Below the pieces are notes generated by a model. That model was not told where the DNA came from and did not search any database. It saw only the letters and a list, made by a program, of their open reading frames with translations. A stretch of 64,000 nucleotides of DNA from Selaginella moellendorffii (lineage: Eukaryota > Plantae > Lycopodiophyta), in the NCBI RefSeq assembly GCF_000143415.4, contig NW_003314304.1, forward strand, positions 759,587 to 823,586, in the 5' to 3' direction. Of the stretch, positions 21,807-32,851 are shown piece by piece (the stretch's first letter is position 1; every line of letters begins with the position of its first letter). The position numbers and the translations under genes were made by a program.

Positions 21807-22457
21807 TCAATGCTGCTTGGCGCTGTGGCCCTGTGATTTGCTCCTCGTGTTCTTCGCCCGAGCTTCTGGATTGATCACCACTCCCAGCGAGTAGCTGGGC
21901 ATGCAAGAAGAGCTCATCACGAGCTTCTCCTCGGTGAATTTCACCCTGCTCCTGCTACTCCTGAGCCCTGGATCGCGATTCCTGGCGCTCGCCCCTTCCA
22001 CATTCGCTCCATCATCGCGGAAATCTGGCGATGATTCCTCTCGCGGCATGGATGTCTCGCCCTGATCGAAGCTAACCCTTCTCTCGCTGCCAAGCATGGA
22101 ATTGGAGCTCCTCCACTGGTGATCCGGCTGGCACGACGCCCCGAAAGACTGCTGCGCGAGAGATCGGAGCGTGGATGTGGCCTCCTCCTCCTCCGGATCG
22201 CTGCCGTGCTGCTGCCGCGCGCTCTCGAAATCCGCGAAGGCGGGATTGACCGTGGCGAAGGAGTATTTCTTGAGGAAGGACATGGACATCGCCGAGGGAT
22301 TGGCAGCGGTGGAATTGGAATTGGAGCCCGATTTGCTGCTGGATTTCCTGGCGCTGCCACTGTCGCTCCTCCTCGCCTCGCCCGCCGCCCATTGCTCGGG
22401 CGTGCTGCTGTGAGAGATCGAATTCCTGGGAGGAGGCCGCGACATGCAAGCTCCCAT
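21807..22457 (-). CDS. Ser-rich, probably disordered protein with MGACMS lipidation-type N terminus; unknown function
   Basis: Open frame from ATG 22457; GC-rich coding-like composition; TATA-like TATTATAG ~110 bp upstream on the minus strand. Confidence 0.6.
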   Translation of the reverse strand: MGACMSRPPPRNSISHSSTPEQWAAGEARRSDSGSARKSSSKSGSNSNSTAANPSAMSMSFLKKYSFATVNPAFADFESARQQHGSDPEEEEATSTLRSLAQQSFGASCQPDHQWRSSNSMLGSERRVSFDQGETSMPREESSPDFRDDGANVEGASARNRDPGLRSSRSRVKFTEEKLVMSSSCMPSYSLGVVINPEARAKNTRSKSQGHSAKQH

Positions 22458-22692
22458 CGAAATCTCGCCCAGATTTCGCGACCGCGGGGCCGGATCGAGC
22501 GAGCTAGGCGTGGATCGATCGTCGGTCGATCGACCGCGCACCGACGATCTCCTTTTCTTTCCTACAGTGCTATAATATTCGCTTTTCCCACACGCGCACG
22601 CACTCCCCTCTCCTAGCTAACATTCCTCTCGAGCATGGGATTGGTTTAGCGTTAAAACGAGGATTTCCTTAATTAAGATTTATTTATCCGCA

Positions 22693-22717
22693 GCCGTTGG
22701 ATGTATCCAACGGCCCA
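22693..22717. promoter_or_regulatory. Palindromic pair of MSA-like elements plus site II-like GGCCCA in a divergent promoter
   Basis: GCCGTTGGAT-GT-ATCCAACGGC perfect inverted repeat; TCCAACGG on both strands. Confidence 0.5.
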
Positions 22718-22861
22718 CAAAAACCCCTTAAACGTAATCCGGGGAGAGACACAAACCCTTTTGCTGTGACTGACTGATTAGCTAGGGCGAAGCGAGGCGA
22801 GCGTTGCGCGCGAGGCGCTCTAGCATTCGATCGATCGATCGGGAGCGCATCGCTCTCTGGG

Positions 22862-24173
22862 ATGACACAGGTACGCTGCGCGATCGCGCCTTAGGGTTGT
22901 GGAATTGATTCTATCGCCTCGTCTGCCTTGTTCCAGTCGGATAATCGAGCTGCGTCTGGAACGAAGCGAGCGCGCTCGGAAGGTAAGGCCGGCGCTTTGG
23001 AATTCTTCCGAGAAATCTTCTTTTCTCACTGGAAATTCTCTTGTCTAGGACCTCGCGGTGATGGCGATTGGACGTGCCCCTTGTGTGGCAATGTCAATTT
23101 CGCGTTTAGAGCTACTTGCAACATGAGAAAATGTGGAGCGAGCAAGCCAGCTGATATCACTCGGGTGGGAGGAGGGCCGATTGGACCGCTACCGTATGAC
23201 CAATCGCCGGCGCTCTTCATGGCCGGGCCTGGAGTTCCTCCTCCAATTCAAGTGGGGATCAATGGAGGATACACGCAGGTGCCGATGCCTCCTCCCGTAT
23301 CAACGATTCCATACGACTATGGTGGTGGAATGAATCTACAAACGACTTATAACCCGATTCAACTACCCGGTGCTTATAATCCCGCGCTAGGTGAGAACAA
23401 TCGTTGGTTTTGGTGATTCTTAGCTCTCCTTTTTTTTACAGTTCATGCGGTACATCATCATGAAGGTGTGCACTTAGGATCTGGCTTTGGAGCTCCGGTC
23501 GTGGACGGCTATGGAATGGGCATGACTATGGTTCCTCCACCTGTAAGTGTTTCGCGTCTTTTGGAGATTCCGGAGGAAGTAAAGCTTTTCGTCTTTAGTT
23601 TTCGGTGATGCAGATTCCGGGGCCTCGGCCGGGTGTACAAATCGAAGAGAATGGCTCACGGAAGCGTAGAGGCGGTACGCAGAAAGCCTGTCCTTCGTAC
23701 AACCTCTCAGTCTTCTTTTTTTGTTTGTTGCAGGGCCGGAAGGCTCGGAGGGCGATTGGATATGTCCCAAGTGTGGCAACTCAAACTTCGCATTCAGGAC
23801 CTTCTGCAACATGCGCAAATGCGGCACTCCCAAACCCGCGGAACCGGTTTGTCATTCATTCGTTTCTTCTGCCGGTTGTCACCACAGCCTAGTGTCTGTT
23901 TTGTTTTCTCGTCTGTGTGGCTCAGGTCCCTCGCATTGCACCTCAAAAGGCTAACTCACGTAAGCTCTCTCTTTCAATATCTCTCATAGCAACACAAAAA
24001 CTGGTTTGTTTCGTGTTGCAGAAGGTCCAACCCCGGAAGGAAGTTGGACGTGCGATGCTTGTGGTAATGTAAATTATCCCTTCCGAACGAAATGTAATCG
24101 CAGGAACTGTGGCGTTGACAAACCCGCTGATGCAAAGCTTACAACGAAAACGTCTCCTCCTCCATCGGACTAA
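22862..24173 (+). CDS. RanBP2-type zinc finger protein with three fingers (At1g67325-like), multi-exon
   Basis: MTQ/SDNRAASGTKRARSE start; DWTCPLCGNVNFAFRATCNMRKC, DWICPKCGNSNFAFRTFCNMRKC, SWTCDACGNVNYPFRTKCNRRNC; stop TAA 24171-24173. Confidence 0.9.
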
Positions 24174-24764
24174 GGTATGGCTTTTCCTCGCGCCCTCTTC
24201 TCAGTTTTTCTCCATTCTCTTTCCTTTTTCCCTCCTTGAGCTCTTGACACCGTCACAGCTCTTGCGAGCTGGTATGCCGACCATCAGAGACAGTGCTGAC
24301 TTGGTTCGTTTACCGCTTGGGGCTTCCCGTGTTGTGCTGCGAGCAATTCCATTCGATCTGATTGATGGGTTTTTCGTGTCTCTGCCCCTGTTTCAGTACT
24401 GTCGTCGAGCTTGTGGAGGTCCGAAAAAAAAAAAAACCAAAAGATGAAAAAGAAAAACACTGTCAACGTTTTTCCGCCTGGTCCGTCGTTGGTGTCTCTT
24501 CTCAAGTCTCAGTTTTCTGATCAGGCCTCTCGTCTCCGTCGTCGTCATGGTCGCGTATATATACATTATGTACAGACGGCGAATGTACGTTTTTTTCTTG
24601 GTATACATATGGTCGAGAGGGTGAGGAGAGATTTTTTTTGGGGCCTTTTACAATCGCCTTTTACAATCGCCCTTTTTGGGGCGATTGTAAGATTATAGTT
24701 TAAGAGATTGGTATATTCTTTCAATAGGGTTTAAGCTATTGTTCGCGCATAGTGCTTCTTCGAA

Positions 24765-25424
24765 ATGGTTTCCGCCGTCCGGCTCGCTGGTGCTGTTGCG
24801 ACGGGAGTTGTGATAGGTGGAGTGGCGGCTATCTATGGCGGGGCTGTGAAAGCCGCAGTGGATTCCATCAGCACCGGGATCAAGGAAGCAGCTGAGGCGG
24901 GGGGCGGAGCTCTAGGGAAATCCCTGGAGCTGAAAGAGGCCCTGGCAGAAGGAGGAAAGGCGCTGGAGCTGAAAGACGCCCTAGCAGCAGGAGGAAAGTC
25001 GCTGGATTTTGGTGGATCTCTTGGGACGGGGCTGTGTGCCCATGGCCTCAATAGCGTTGGCCAGGGGATCAGCTCGGGCCTCAATGGCCTTGGCAAAGGG
25101 ATCGGCTCGGGCCTCAATGGCATTGCCATGGGGATCGGCTCGATTGGCGTGGGGATCGGGATTGCTGGCATCGTCGTTGGGCGCGGGATCTGCAACCTTG
25201 CGGCTTCACAGAAGACCCTCGTCGAGAAGCTCGTCTCTGCAGTGGTCGTGCGCTCGGAGCCGGACAGGTCAGGCTCCGGAAAGCTCTCCAAGACGCAGCT
25301 CAGCTCCTCCGGCAACCCTGGAGAGGCACAGCTCGGCCTCTCCAACCCTGGCGAGGCGCACGCTCAGCTCTCCGACCCTGGTGAGGCGCACGCTCAGCTC
25401 CCCGACCCTGGCAGCGAGATGTGA
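24765..25424 (+). CDS. Orphan Gly/Ala-rich protein with 11-mer repeats and glycine-zipper hydrophobic segments (family member B)
   Basis: 219-aa ATG ORF; LAGAVATGVVIGGVAAIYG, GGALGKSLELKEALAEGG repeats, GLNSVGQGISS/GLNGLGKGIGS/GLNGIAMGIGS; TAGGGTTT telo-box at ~24725. Confidence 0.65.
   Translation: MVSAVRLAGAVATGVVIGGVAAIYGGAVKAAVDSISTGIKEAAEAGGGALGKSLELKEALAEGGKALELKDALAAGGKSLDFGGSLGTGLCAHGLNSVGQGISSGLNGLGKGIGSGLNGIAMGIGSIGVGIGIAGIVVGRGICNLAASQKTLVEKLVSAVVVRSEPDRSGSGKLSKTQLSSSGNPGEAQLGLSNPGEAHAQLSDPGEAHAQLPDPGSEM
25315..25411 (+). repeat. 30-bp coding tandem repeat (PGEAHAQLSD-type), ~3.3 copies
   Basis: ACCCTGG recurs at 25315, 25345, 25375 and 25405. Confidence 0.85.
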
Positions 25425-25501
25425 TGGTAAAACTGTGTTCTTCCTCCTTTGTTTCTTTTCTTGACGCTTTTTTCTTGCAAGGTGGATCAAAGAAAGGCGG
25501 A

Positions 25502-25515
25502 CTCTCTCTCGATCG

Positions 25516-25555
<40 letters not shown>
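25502..25555. repeat. (CT)n microsatellite
   Basis: Long ctctct run read directly. Confidence 0.95.
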
Positions 25556-25558
<3 letters not shown>

Positions 25559-26404
25559 CAGGTCTTCCTTTTTTGTGGAATTCTCAAGAATTCGTCTTTT
25601 TGTGTAGACTGAGCTGCTAGCAAGTTTTCTCTGTGTCTTTGCTGGAACAGCAGGCACACTTTCGGATCGTCACAGAATCGTCGTTGTTATAGAGTCTAGG
25701 ATGTAAAAATGTTAAATATATACCAGAATGTAACGAATCTTGTCTAGTATATAGCTTCTGTTCCTTTTTCCTCTTGGGCTTAACTCGATCGACCAGAAAG
25801 TCCACAAGCAATACAACATTCACCATGCGTAAAGTCGATCCAAAGTTCCAGCGTGACTCCAGAGCACGCCACCAGCCTCAAAAAACGGTGGCCAGGGAAG
25901 ATTGAGATTGATCCGGAGATCTTGCAACCCGTGGATGGATTTCCAGCGCTTCCACGGACATTTTCTATCACGTATGATTTTCTTGCGACTGTTAGCATCG
26001 ATTTTCTTATACTTTTGGAACTATGGACAGGATCATGGAGTTAACTTTGGAGGAACAGTTGGAAAGGTAACTTAACTTGGATGAGTTCTTGTTTCTCAGA
26101 CTGAAGCAAGATATGGCTGGAGTGATTGATGTTTGCTGGATCCAGGGAGGACCATGCCACAGTCCAGCTTGAGCTCCAAAGCGATGGTACACTAAGGAGT
26201 GTTATGAACCACATTCAAGAACAACTCCTAGAAATGGAGGTAAGCAACAAGCCTTGTGTTTTCGTGCGCTGCATGACGAAACTTTTTCATATCAAGGAAG
26301 ATCAGCGTCTGTGAGAGATCGATCAAAATCCCACAAACAAAACGACAAAGCTTCATGCATATAGTCGACTGGAAATGACTCCAGGCCGGGCTTAGAAGTT
26401 AAGA

Positions 26405-27963
26405 ATGAATGCAGTAACTCCGGGAACTCTAACTCTCACGGCAGATTCCAGATGGAGGAGGAAGGAGATGATAGACACATACGAAGCTCTTCTCAAGCAG
26501 TATGGAAACTCCAAGTCACTCAGACGGGTTCACTCACAGATGATCTCTAATGGTCTCGACGGGGATACGTACCTGGGAAATCTCTTGGTGCAAATGTATG
26601 GAAGGTGTGGAAGCCTGGACGACGCTCGAGCTGCTTTCCGAGGGATCCACCAGCGGAACGTGTTCTCCTGGACGATACTCATCTCGCTTCTTGTCCAGAA
26701 TGGTCGATGCAGTGACGCTGATTAGCGTCCTGGAGGCTTGTGCGAGCCTGAGAGCATTGGTAGAAGGAAAGACAATTCACGAGAGGATAGTTGCAAGTGG
26801 AGTAGAGACGGATGTGTTTGTGGGAACTGCAGTGAGCTTCTATGGAAAATGCGAGGCTGTAGAAGACGCAAGACAGGTGTTTGATCGGATAATGGACAAA
26901 GACATTGTTTGCTGGAATGAAATAACCGGAGCGTATGCACAGCACCATTGCGAGGAGAAAGCGTTTGCATTGTACCTGGAGATGGTGGAGAATCAAATGC
27001 GCCCCAACGATGTCACGCTCATCACGCTCATCACGCTCCTGGACTCTTGTTCGAGCACCTGCAAAATGGAAAGGGGATCGTCACTCCACAGAGAAGCTGC
27101 TGCTAGAGGATACCTGTTCCACACGTCCGTCGTCAACGCGCTCATCAACATGTATGCCAAGTGTGGAAGCCTCGAAAACGCGACGAGAGTGTTTATCGAG
27201 GCAACAAACCGCACTACCAACGTGATCACCTGGAACACCATGATAGTAGCCAACGCACAGGAGGATCTAAATCTCGAGGCCCTGCAAATATACCGCAGAA
27301 TAAATCAAGAAGGGATAAAAGCAAGCGACGTTACTTACGGTACTGTTCTTGCTGTCTGTGCCAATCTTGGTGAATTTACCACGGGCCGAGAAGTTCACTC
27401 TCGCAGTCTTGCCACTGGATGCTGCTCGGACGTCGTAAAAAACTCTCTTATGTGTCTGTGTGGAAACTTGGAGGCCGCTCAAACTGCTTTCGAGAGTGTC
27501 GCAAGTAAAAACGTCGTTTCCTGGTCTTCAATCGTTGCGGCTTATGCACGGAACGGCGAAGAAGACAGAGCTCGCAACCTGTTCTGGACGATGAATCAGG
27601 ACGGAGTGCTGCGGAATATTGTTACGTTCACTTCTGTTCTTCATGCCTGCTCTCATGCCGGACTGGCCGACGAAGGATGGAGCTACTTTCTCTCCATGCA
27701 GGGAGACCACCATCTAGAGCCAACTCCCGAGCACTACGGATGCATGGCCAACTTGCTCGCCAAGTCCGGCTGGGTGAAGCACGCTGCAAGCTTCATGTCC
27801 GCCATGCCGGTTCAACCTGATGCTTCAGCCTGGAGGAGCCTACTTGGTGCTTGTGAGGTCCAAACTGACAAGGAATATGGTGCTCTAGCAAGCAGCTATT
27901 GGATGCAGAACCCCGAAATTCTGCGGCCTATGTACTGCTATACAACATTTCGAAACTGAATTA
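26405..27963 (+). pseudogene. Frameshifted copy of PPR 13338-15272
   Basis: Identical N terminus; ~359-bp deletion at ~26704 shifts frame; further small indels (TLITLITLL duplication, 3' frameshift). Confidence 0.9.
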
Positions 27964-27995
27964 GCACCGGAAAATATGTTACATACTACTAGAAG

Positions 27996-29270
27996 TTAGA
28001 AGTTATCCGTCTCGATATCAGCATCCATGTTGAACGACATGCCATCGCCGATATCAGGATCGTAGTCCTTTATCTTTGTTCTCTCCATACTGAATCGCAT
28101 TGTCGATAGTGGAGAGAAGATACTGCAAACTGCAAGGAGCCATTCAATCACACAATTCCCACAGGTAAAGAAATGGCGTACCTGGCTTCGCTTGTGACGT
28201 CCACTGGTGACGAAGTTGACCATCCTGTAATCGTCAATCTGCCGGAAGCGGAACTTGTAAATAATTACAAAACTCTTGGTAAAAAACAAACCAATTCTGC
28301 GAGTGCGGCGTTGAGCTTTCCGTATCGTGGAGCGGTATTTGCGTTCATCTCCGACAGTAGGAAAACCGGATCAGGGTCAAGGTAGCTACACACAAAATTG
28401 TGAAAACAAAGTAAGTAATATTGGATTGGTAGCACGTACTCTTCGATGTCTCTTTTCTTGGCCACGAGATCCATCTTCGTGAGGACATTCACATGAGGAA
28501 GTTCGAGTTGGACCATAGCAGACAAGGACGACAGGCATCCACTTATATACTTGGTAACATCCGAAACAAACTGCACAAGAACAAAAGCAAACTTCTGTCT
28601 GTCATACACCAAATCAATCCGAGTAGGAGCTACCTGAGAATCAAGGAGGTAGACCGCGCACAGATTAAAATCCCAGCGCTTAAGTTGTTCGACGAGGCTT
28701 TTAAACACGGGGATGTGTGTGTAGAGCTCAATCTGACCTGTGTAATACCACTACAACTAAAACTAGTGAATAGAAACTACATAAACCTGGACAGTCGAAG
28801 ACAACGTCATCGTCGATATAGTCTTCTAGTTTCTCCGCAAGCCAGTCGTCCATATTCTCCTCAAGATATCTACACTAGAAATGGTCAGCCAGAAATCCTT
28901 GTGTAGAAACTAACACCACGAAAGCTCTACTCAAATCTTACATGCAATAGATGAGGCCTCCGTTTGGTCCATAGTTAAATTCTTCCATCACATCCTCTAG
29001 AGGAACAAGCTCTCTTATATCTGATGAAAAATAGATCCAAACTAAAATCTTTGCAACACTGAAATCTTTACAGACCTGCAGCAACCGCGTATTTGAAATC
29101 CTCCGCCGCTGGCTCGAGATTGATCACATCCAGGTTCCGCCCGATCGTGTTGCAATGCTGCTGCAAATGGTAGCAATACGTCGACTGCAAGATCGAGATC
29201 AGAGATTGAGCACAGGAACCGCGAAATCTCACTCGCCTTGCCGCTGCCCGCCGTGGGCGTAGCGAGTCAT
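27996..29270 (-). pseudogene. GPN3 pseudogene
   Basis: Deletion in the first exon disrupts the P-loop frame (ATG ACT CGC TAC GCC CAC GGC...), first donor GT>GC, several further indels. Confidence 0.88.
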
Positions 29271-29392
29271 TTTGAAAATGCCTAAGACCTAAACCTCGAG
29301 AAATATACTCGGTATATTCATTGACAGTTTTCTTTTCCAAATTAGGGTTAAGTTAACATCCATCGGACGGTTAGAATTCAACTGGGTGTTAC

Positions 29393-30925
29393 TTGCGTTT
29401 GAGCTCTTCAGCAGCGGTGGCGGCTTTGAGCGAGACTGGATTTGTGGAAGCCTTCAATGGATTCATGGCTGTTCTAGTTTTTGACATGTTCCATGCAGTA
29501 GTGACAACATGGCCTGCGGTTGAAAGCCCCTCTTTTGTCAATTATCTAGAGCAAAGATTTCTCTTGATTCAATCAAGCACAACAGTGATCAATCTAACCT
29601 GTGTGATACGACTTGGCATGTTACTAGAGTTTTTCACGACATGACGTTCTTCCCAGCCAGCTCCAAAGCGTCGAAAACTTTCACTGTGATCTCACATACA
29701 ATGTGATCATCCATTTTCTGGGAGAGATTGCGAAGAACTTGGCCTACCAAAGGCATCCAAAGTGGCAATTGCGGCTTCTCCACGCAACAGCCCGATCAAT
29801 GCAGCCCCTGGCTTAGTTTTCAGCGCAGAGGAAGTGATCGATTCAGTGGCAGTGACAACTCCAGTGAGAAGACCACTCGCGAGCGTCTCAGTAATCTTTG
29901 AGATTTGCTTCGCACTAGTCAAAGAGCCAGTAAAAAGACTAGTCAAAGATAGTAAGCGCAAGAACTTACGTCCCGATGTTCTTCATTGTCTTGGGGCTGA
30001 CCTTTGACGGCTTCTTTTTCGGTTTGATGTGCTGCTGCATCAACAATCCACTGCGCTCCGATCTGCCTCGCAATTAGTTCGCTCACCCAGAGGATTCCTC
30101 GCACGATATGCCCCGAGCCACTGGCAATCGCCTTTGCGATCGCGCTTTGATAGTCATCGGCGTTGGGAGCCAGTTGCTCCAAGTAGTAGTTCTTCTTCTT
30201 CGTTGTGAGCTTCACTCCAGCGATTCCTTGATTACCGTCACCTTGCACCATCTCCACGAGCTCCTCGTCTTGATCTTTCAGGAGCGCTGGAACTGGCACC
30301 AGCGAGCTATAGCTTTCGAGGGCCAAATCCAGCTCCTTGAGATCGCATCTCCAGGGAGGGTGACACCTATTTGAGAACTTCCGCGCTTGACTTAAACGAG
30401 ACCTTCTGTTTCCCTTCGCTGGAAGGTTGATCCTCATCTTCAACTGGCAGTCTCAAGCTAAAAACGTAGTGACTCTCGCTGAGCTTCAAGACTGGAGTGT
30501 CCTTCGCCAGCGGCCACTGGAGCTCGTCTCCAAGCCTGACGATGGCTGCGACCACGCTACCGTTCTGGACGATCCTTATGACGCTAAGATCTCCAGACGC
30601 GAGAAGAACACTTTCCGATCCAGCCTGATCGTGATCCATGAGTAAACCTTTGCATTTGGAAGTGTGACGAGAACTTCCAGGATAGAATTTGCCGCCGTTA
30701 AAGCTTCTTGCTCCATGGATCCATCGCTGGCTACTTGAGCTGCTGCATTTTCCTCCTCGGATATGGCTTCCACCGCTCTCGCCAGCGCCATGTCTTGATC
30801 ATCTTGAGAAAGCTTTGGCTTTTTGCTTGGACTCCCACCATGATCGTCTACTGCTTGCTCACTACTCTCTGGAGCATTCTCTTTCTCCTTTGCGCTGGAC
30901 GAGCGAGTTCTCCTGCGAGAAAGAG
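29393..30925 (-). pseudogene. ERD7-like pseudogene lacking the native start
   Basis: Copy begins at codon ~9 of the parent; frameshifts split exon 1 into three ORFs (30576-30947, 30367-30639, 29943-30443). Confidence 0.88.
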
Positions 30926-32030
30926 CTAATCGACTCATCCACTTCACTACACTACCTCACTCAAACTGTGTATTCTTTCCACCATAAAGCGACTAGCTCC
31001 TCTTCTCTCTAGCAAAAAAGGAAGACAAAGCACTAGAATCGATCGGGAATACAAAAGGTTGACATACATTGTCCACTCTTGCAAGAGTTAATTAGAAGCA
31101 ATATCATTTTAGACAAGCTTTCAGGAAGTTAGGAAATACATTGACATGGATGGAGCAAGTAAATCCAGCCTCGACTATCTGTATAATCTCTTGACCTGCA
31201 ATTTGTATGAGTAGTGATATTTCCCAGGTAACATAAGAGGTCAGCATTGGTGCTCGAAAGAAGCTCAAGGTTAGGTAAGAAGATTGGAAGCAAGAAAGTC
31301 ATCACGTACCAGATGGGTTTCTGGATTCAAGGCCATTGTATTCATGGCATAGCGCATCACCACCATTACGATTTTTCTGTCCTGGAAATCATCTGGGTAG
31401 ATGAGGATCAAAAGGAAAAGGAATGTCGAAAGGACTTCGCGATCGATCAGCTGGAGCTTCCAAGACATCTCCCTATAACATCCAGCAGCGGCTCCATGCT
31501 CTTGCACGTAGAAATCTTTGGTGCGTAGGTACAGCGGCGAGGAGAGCTTCCTCCACAAAGGCGGAAGAATCCAGGTCGATCGATCGAAATAGAGATCGAT
31601 TTCAAAACACACGGCCTGAAACAAAAAAATTTAGTTGGGTCTCTGGCTGTGGATTCGAACCTGTGACCTTGTCAATATTTTTCTTTATTCTATATCCGTG
31701 ACCTTGCCAATAATTTTCTTTATTTTTGCCGGATATCCGGCCAACAGGTTGCGTTCATTAGTAGCTTCTTAATGTATCTCTAATTTTTAAATGAATCGCA
31801 GTCTCGCTCGTGTTCGCTGCTCACGGACAGCGTAATTTCCGTAGAGAAGTTCCAATTTCTTGCGAAGTGTTCTCTGGAAGCGTTCCAAGTTTCCTAGGAA
31901 AAAGGTTATGATTGAGCATTTACTGCTCTTCAATGCCTGAATCTCGGGTACTGTTCTCAGATCTCTGCTTACCCTGGAGATTTTGCGAGTAAATACTCAA
32001 CCATCTGTTTAAGATCCCCAATCTGCCAGA

Positions 32031-32425
32031 TTTCTGCTAGCAAACACTCTTAAAACTCTCATGTCACCAGCAACTCTTGCAACTTCGCAGCTGTGACGAA
32101 GATTAACCTTGACAAATGCAAAGAGTTTTTGGCAAAGCTCATCTTGCCAGGAAATCCGAGCTGGATCCGGTAGAAGTTTTCTGAGCGTTTAACGGTGTGC
32201 TCCAGGAGACAAAAGCTGACAAATGTACAAGGAAAAGGCTGTGACGACATTGAAGCGAGACAATTCCATGCCTCAAGAGATTCCTCAATTCAAGCAAAGC
32301 GGGCGAAAAATGTCTAGATAATGCTTGTAGTCTGACAGGACAGTTGAAGAGAAGTACTCAATCGCTGGGTAGCTGCCCTGCAAAATTTCTGCTAGTAAAC
32401 ACTGTTAAAACTCTCATGTCACCAG
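32031..32425. repeat. ~40-bp direct repeat pair
   Basis: tttctgctag(c/t)aaacact(c/g)ttaaaactctcatgtcaccag at ~32031 and ~32386. Confidence 0.7.
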
Positions 32426-32851
32426 TGCGAAGATCGAGTCCCTCTCATTAGAAACTTTAAAAAACAAAAAGTTTTAGTACTGTGGCGATTCTTTGCCTTA
32501 TCCCTGGAATGAGGACACAAGAGCAGTATATAAGCCAGGGTCGGAAAGGATACATACTTACCTGGAGGGTCTTGGTGATCATGAAGGCCAATGGCCTGTT
32601 GGCCGGCCTACCATCTTCCCAAAGTGGAGGAGTGGATGTCGTAATTTGTGGGAGTTGAGGGCTCGCATATGCGTGGCCCTCTCCAAATTCAAGCTCTTAA
32701 GATGGAAACGTTGATTTCTGCTAAACAAGAGTTAGAACAGCAACTTGAATCTTTCAATCTTTATGATCTAACAAACAAGTTTTCAAGTCTCTGCGATCCC
32801 TTGCTGGAGAAAGTGAAGGACATATCGTCGTTTTCGATGTAGCCACCAAAG

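Larger units (their letters stand above)
26378..30925. repeat. Inverted segmental duplication of 10297-15299 (ERD7-GPN3-PPR block)
   Basis: Reverse-complement identity at both ends (actccaggccgggcttagaag; gagcgagttctcctgcgagaaagag) and near-identical translated ORFs throughout. Confidence 0.95.

Noticed and set aside
31247-32842. Short ORFs 31247-31528, 31271-31624, 32493-32714 and 32648-32842
   Set aside because: No recognisable domain; probably gene debris that cannot be assigned without a search
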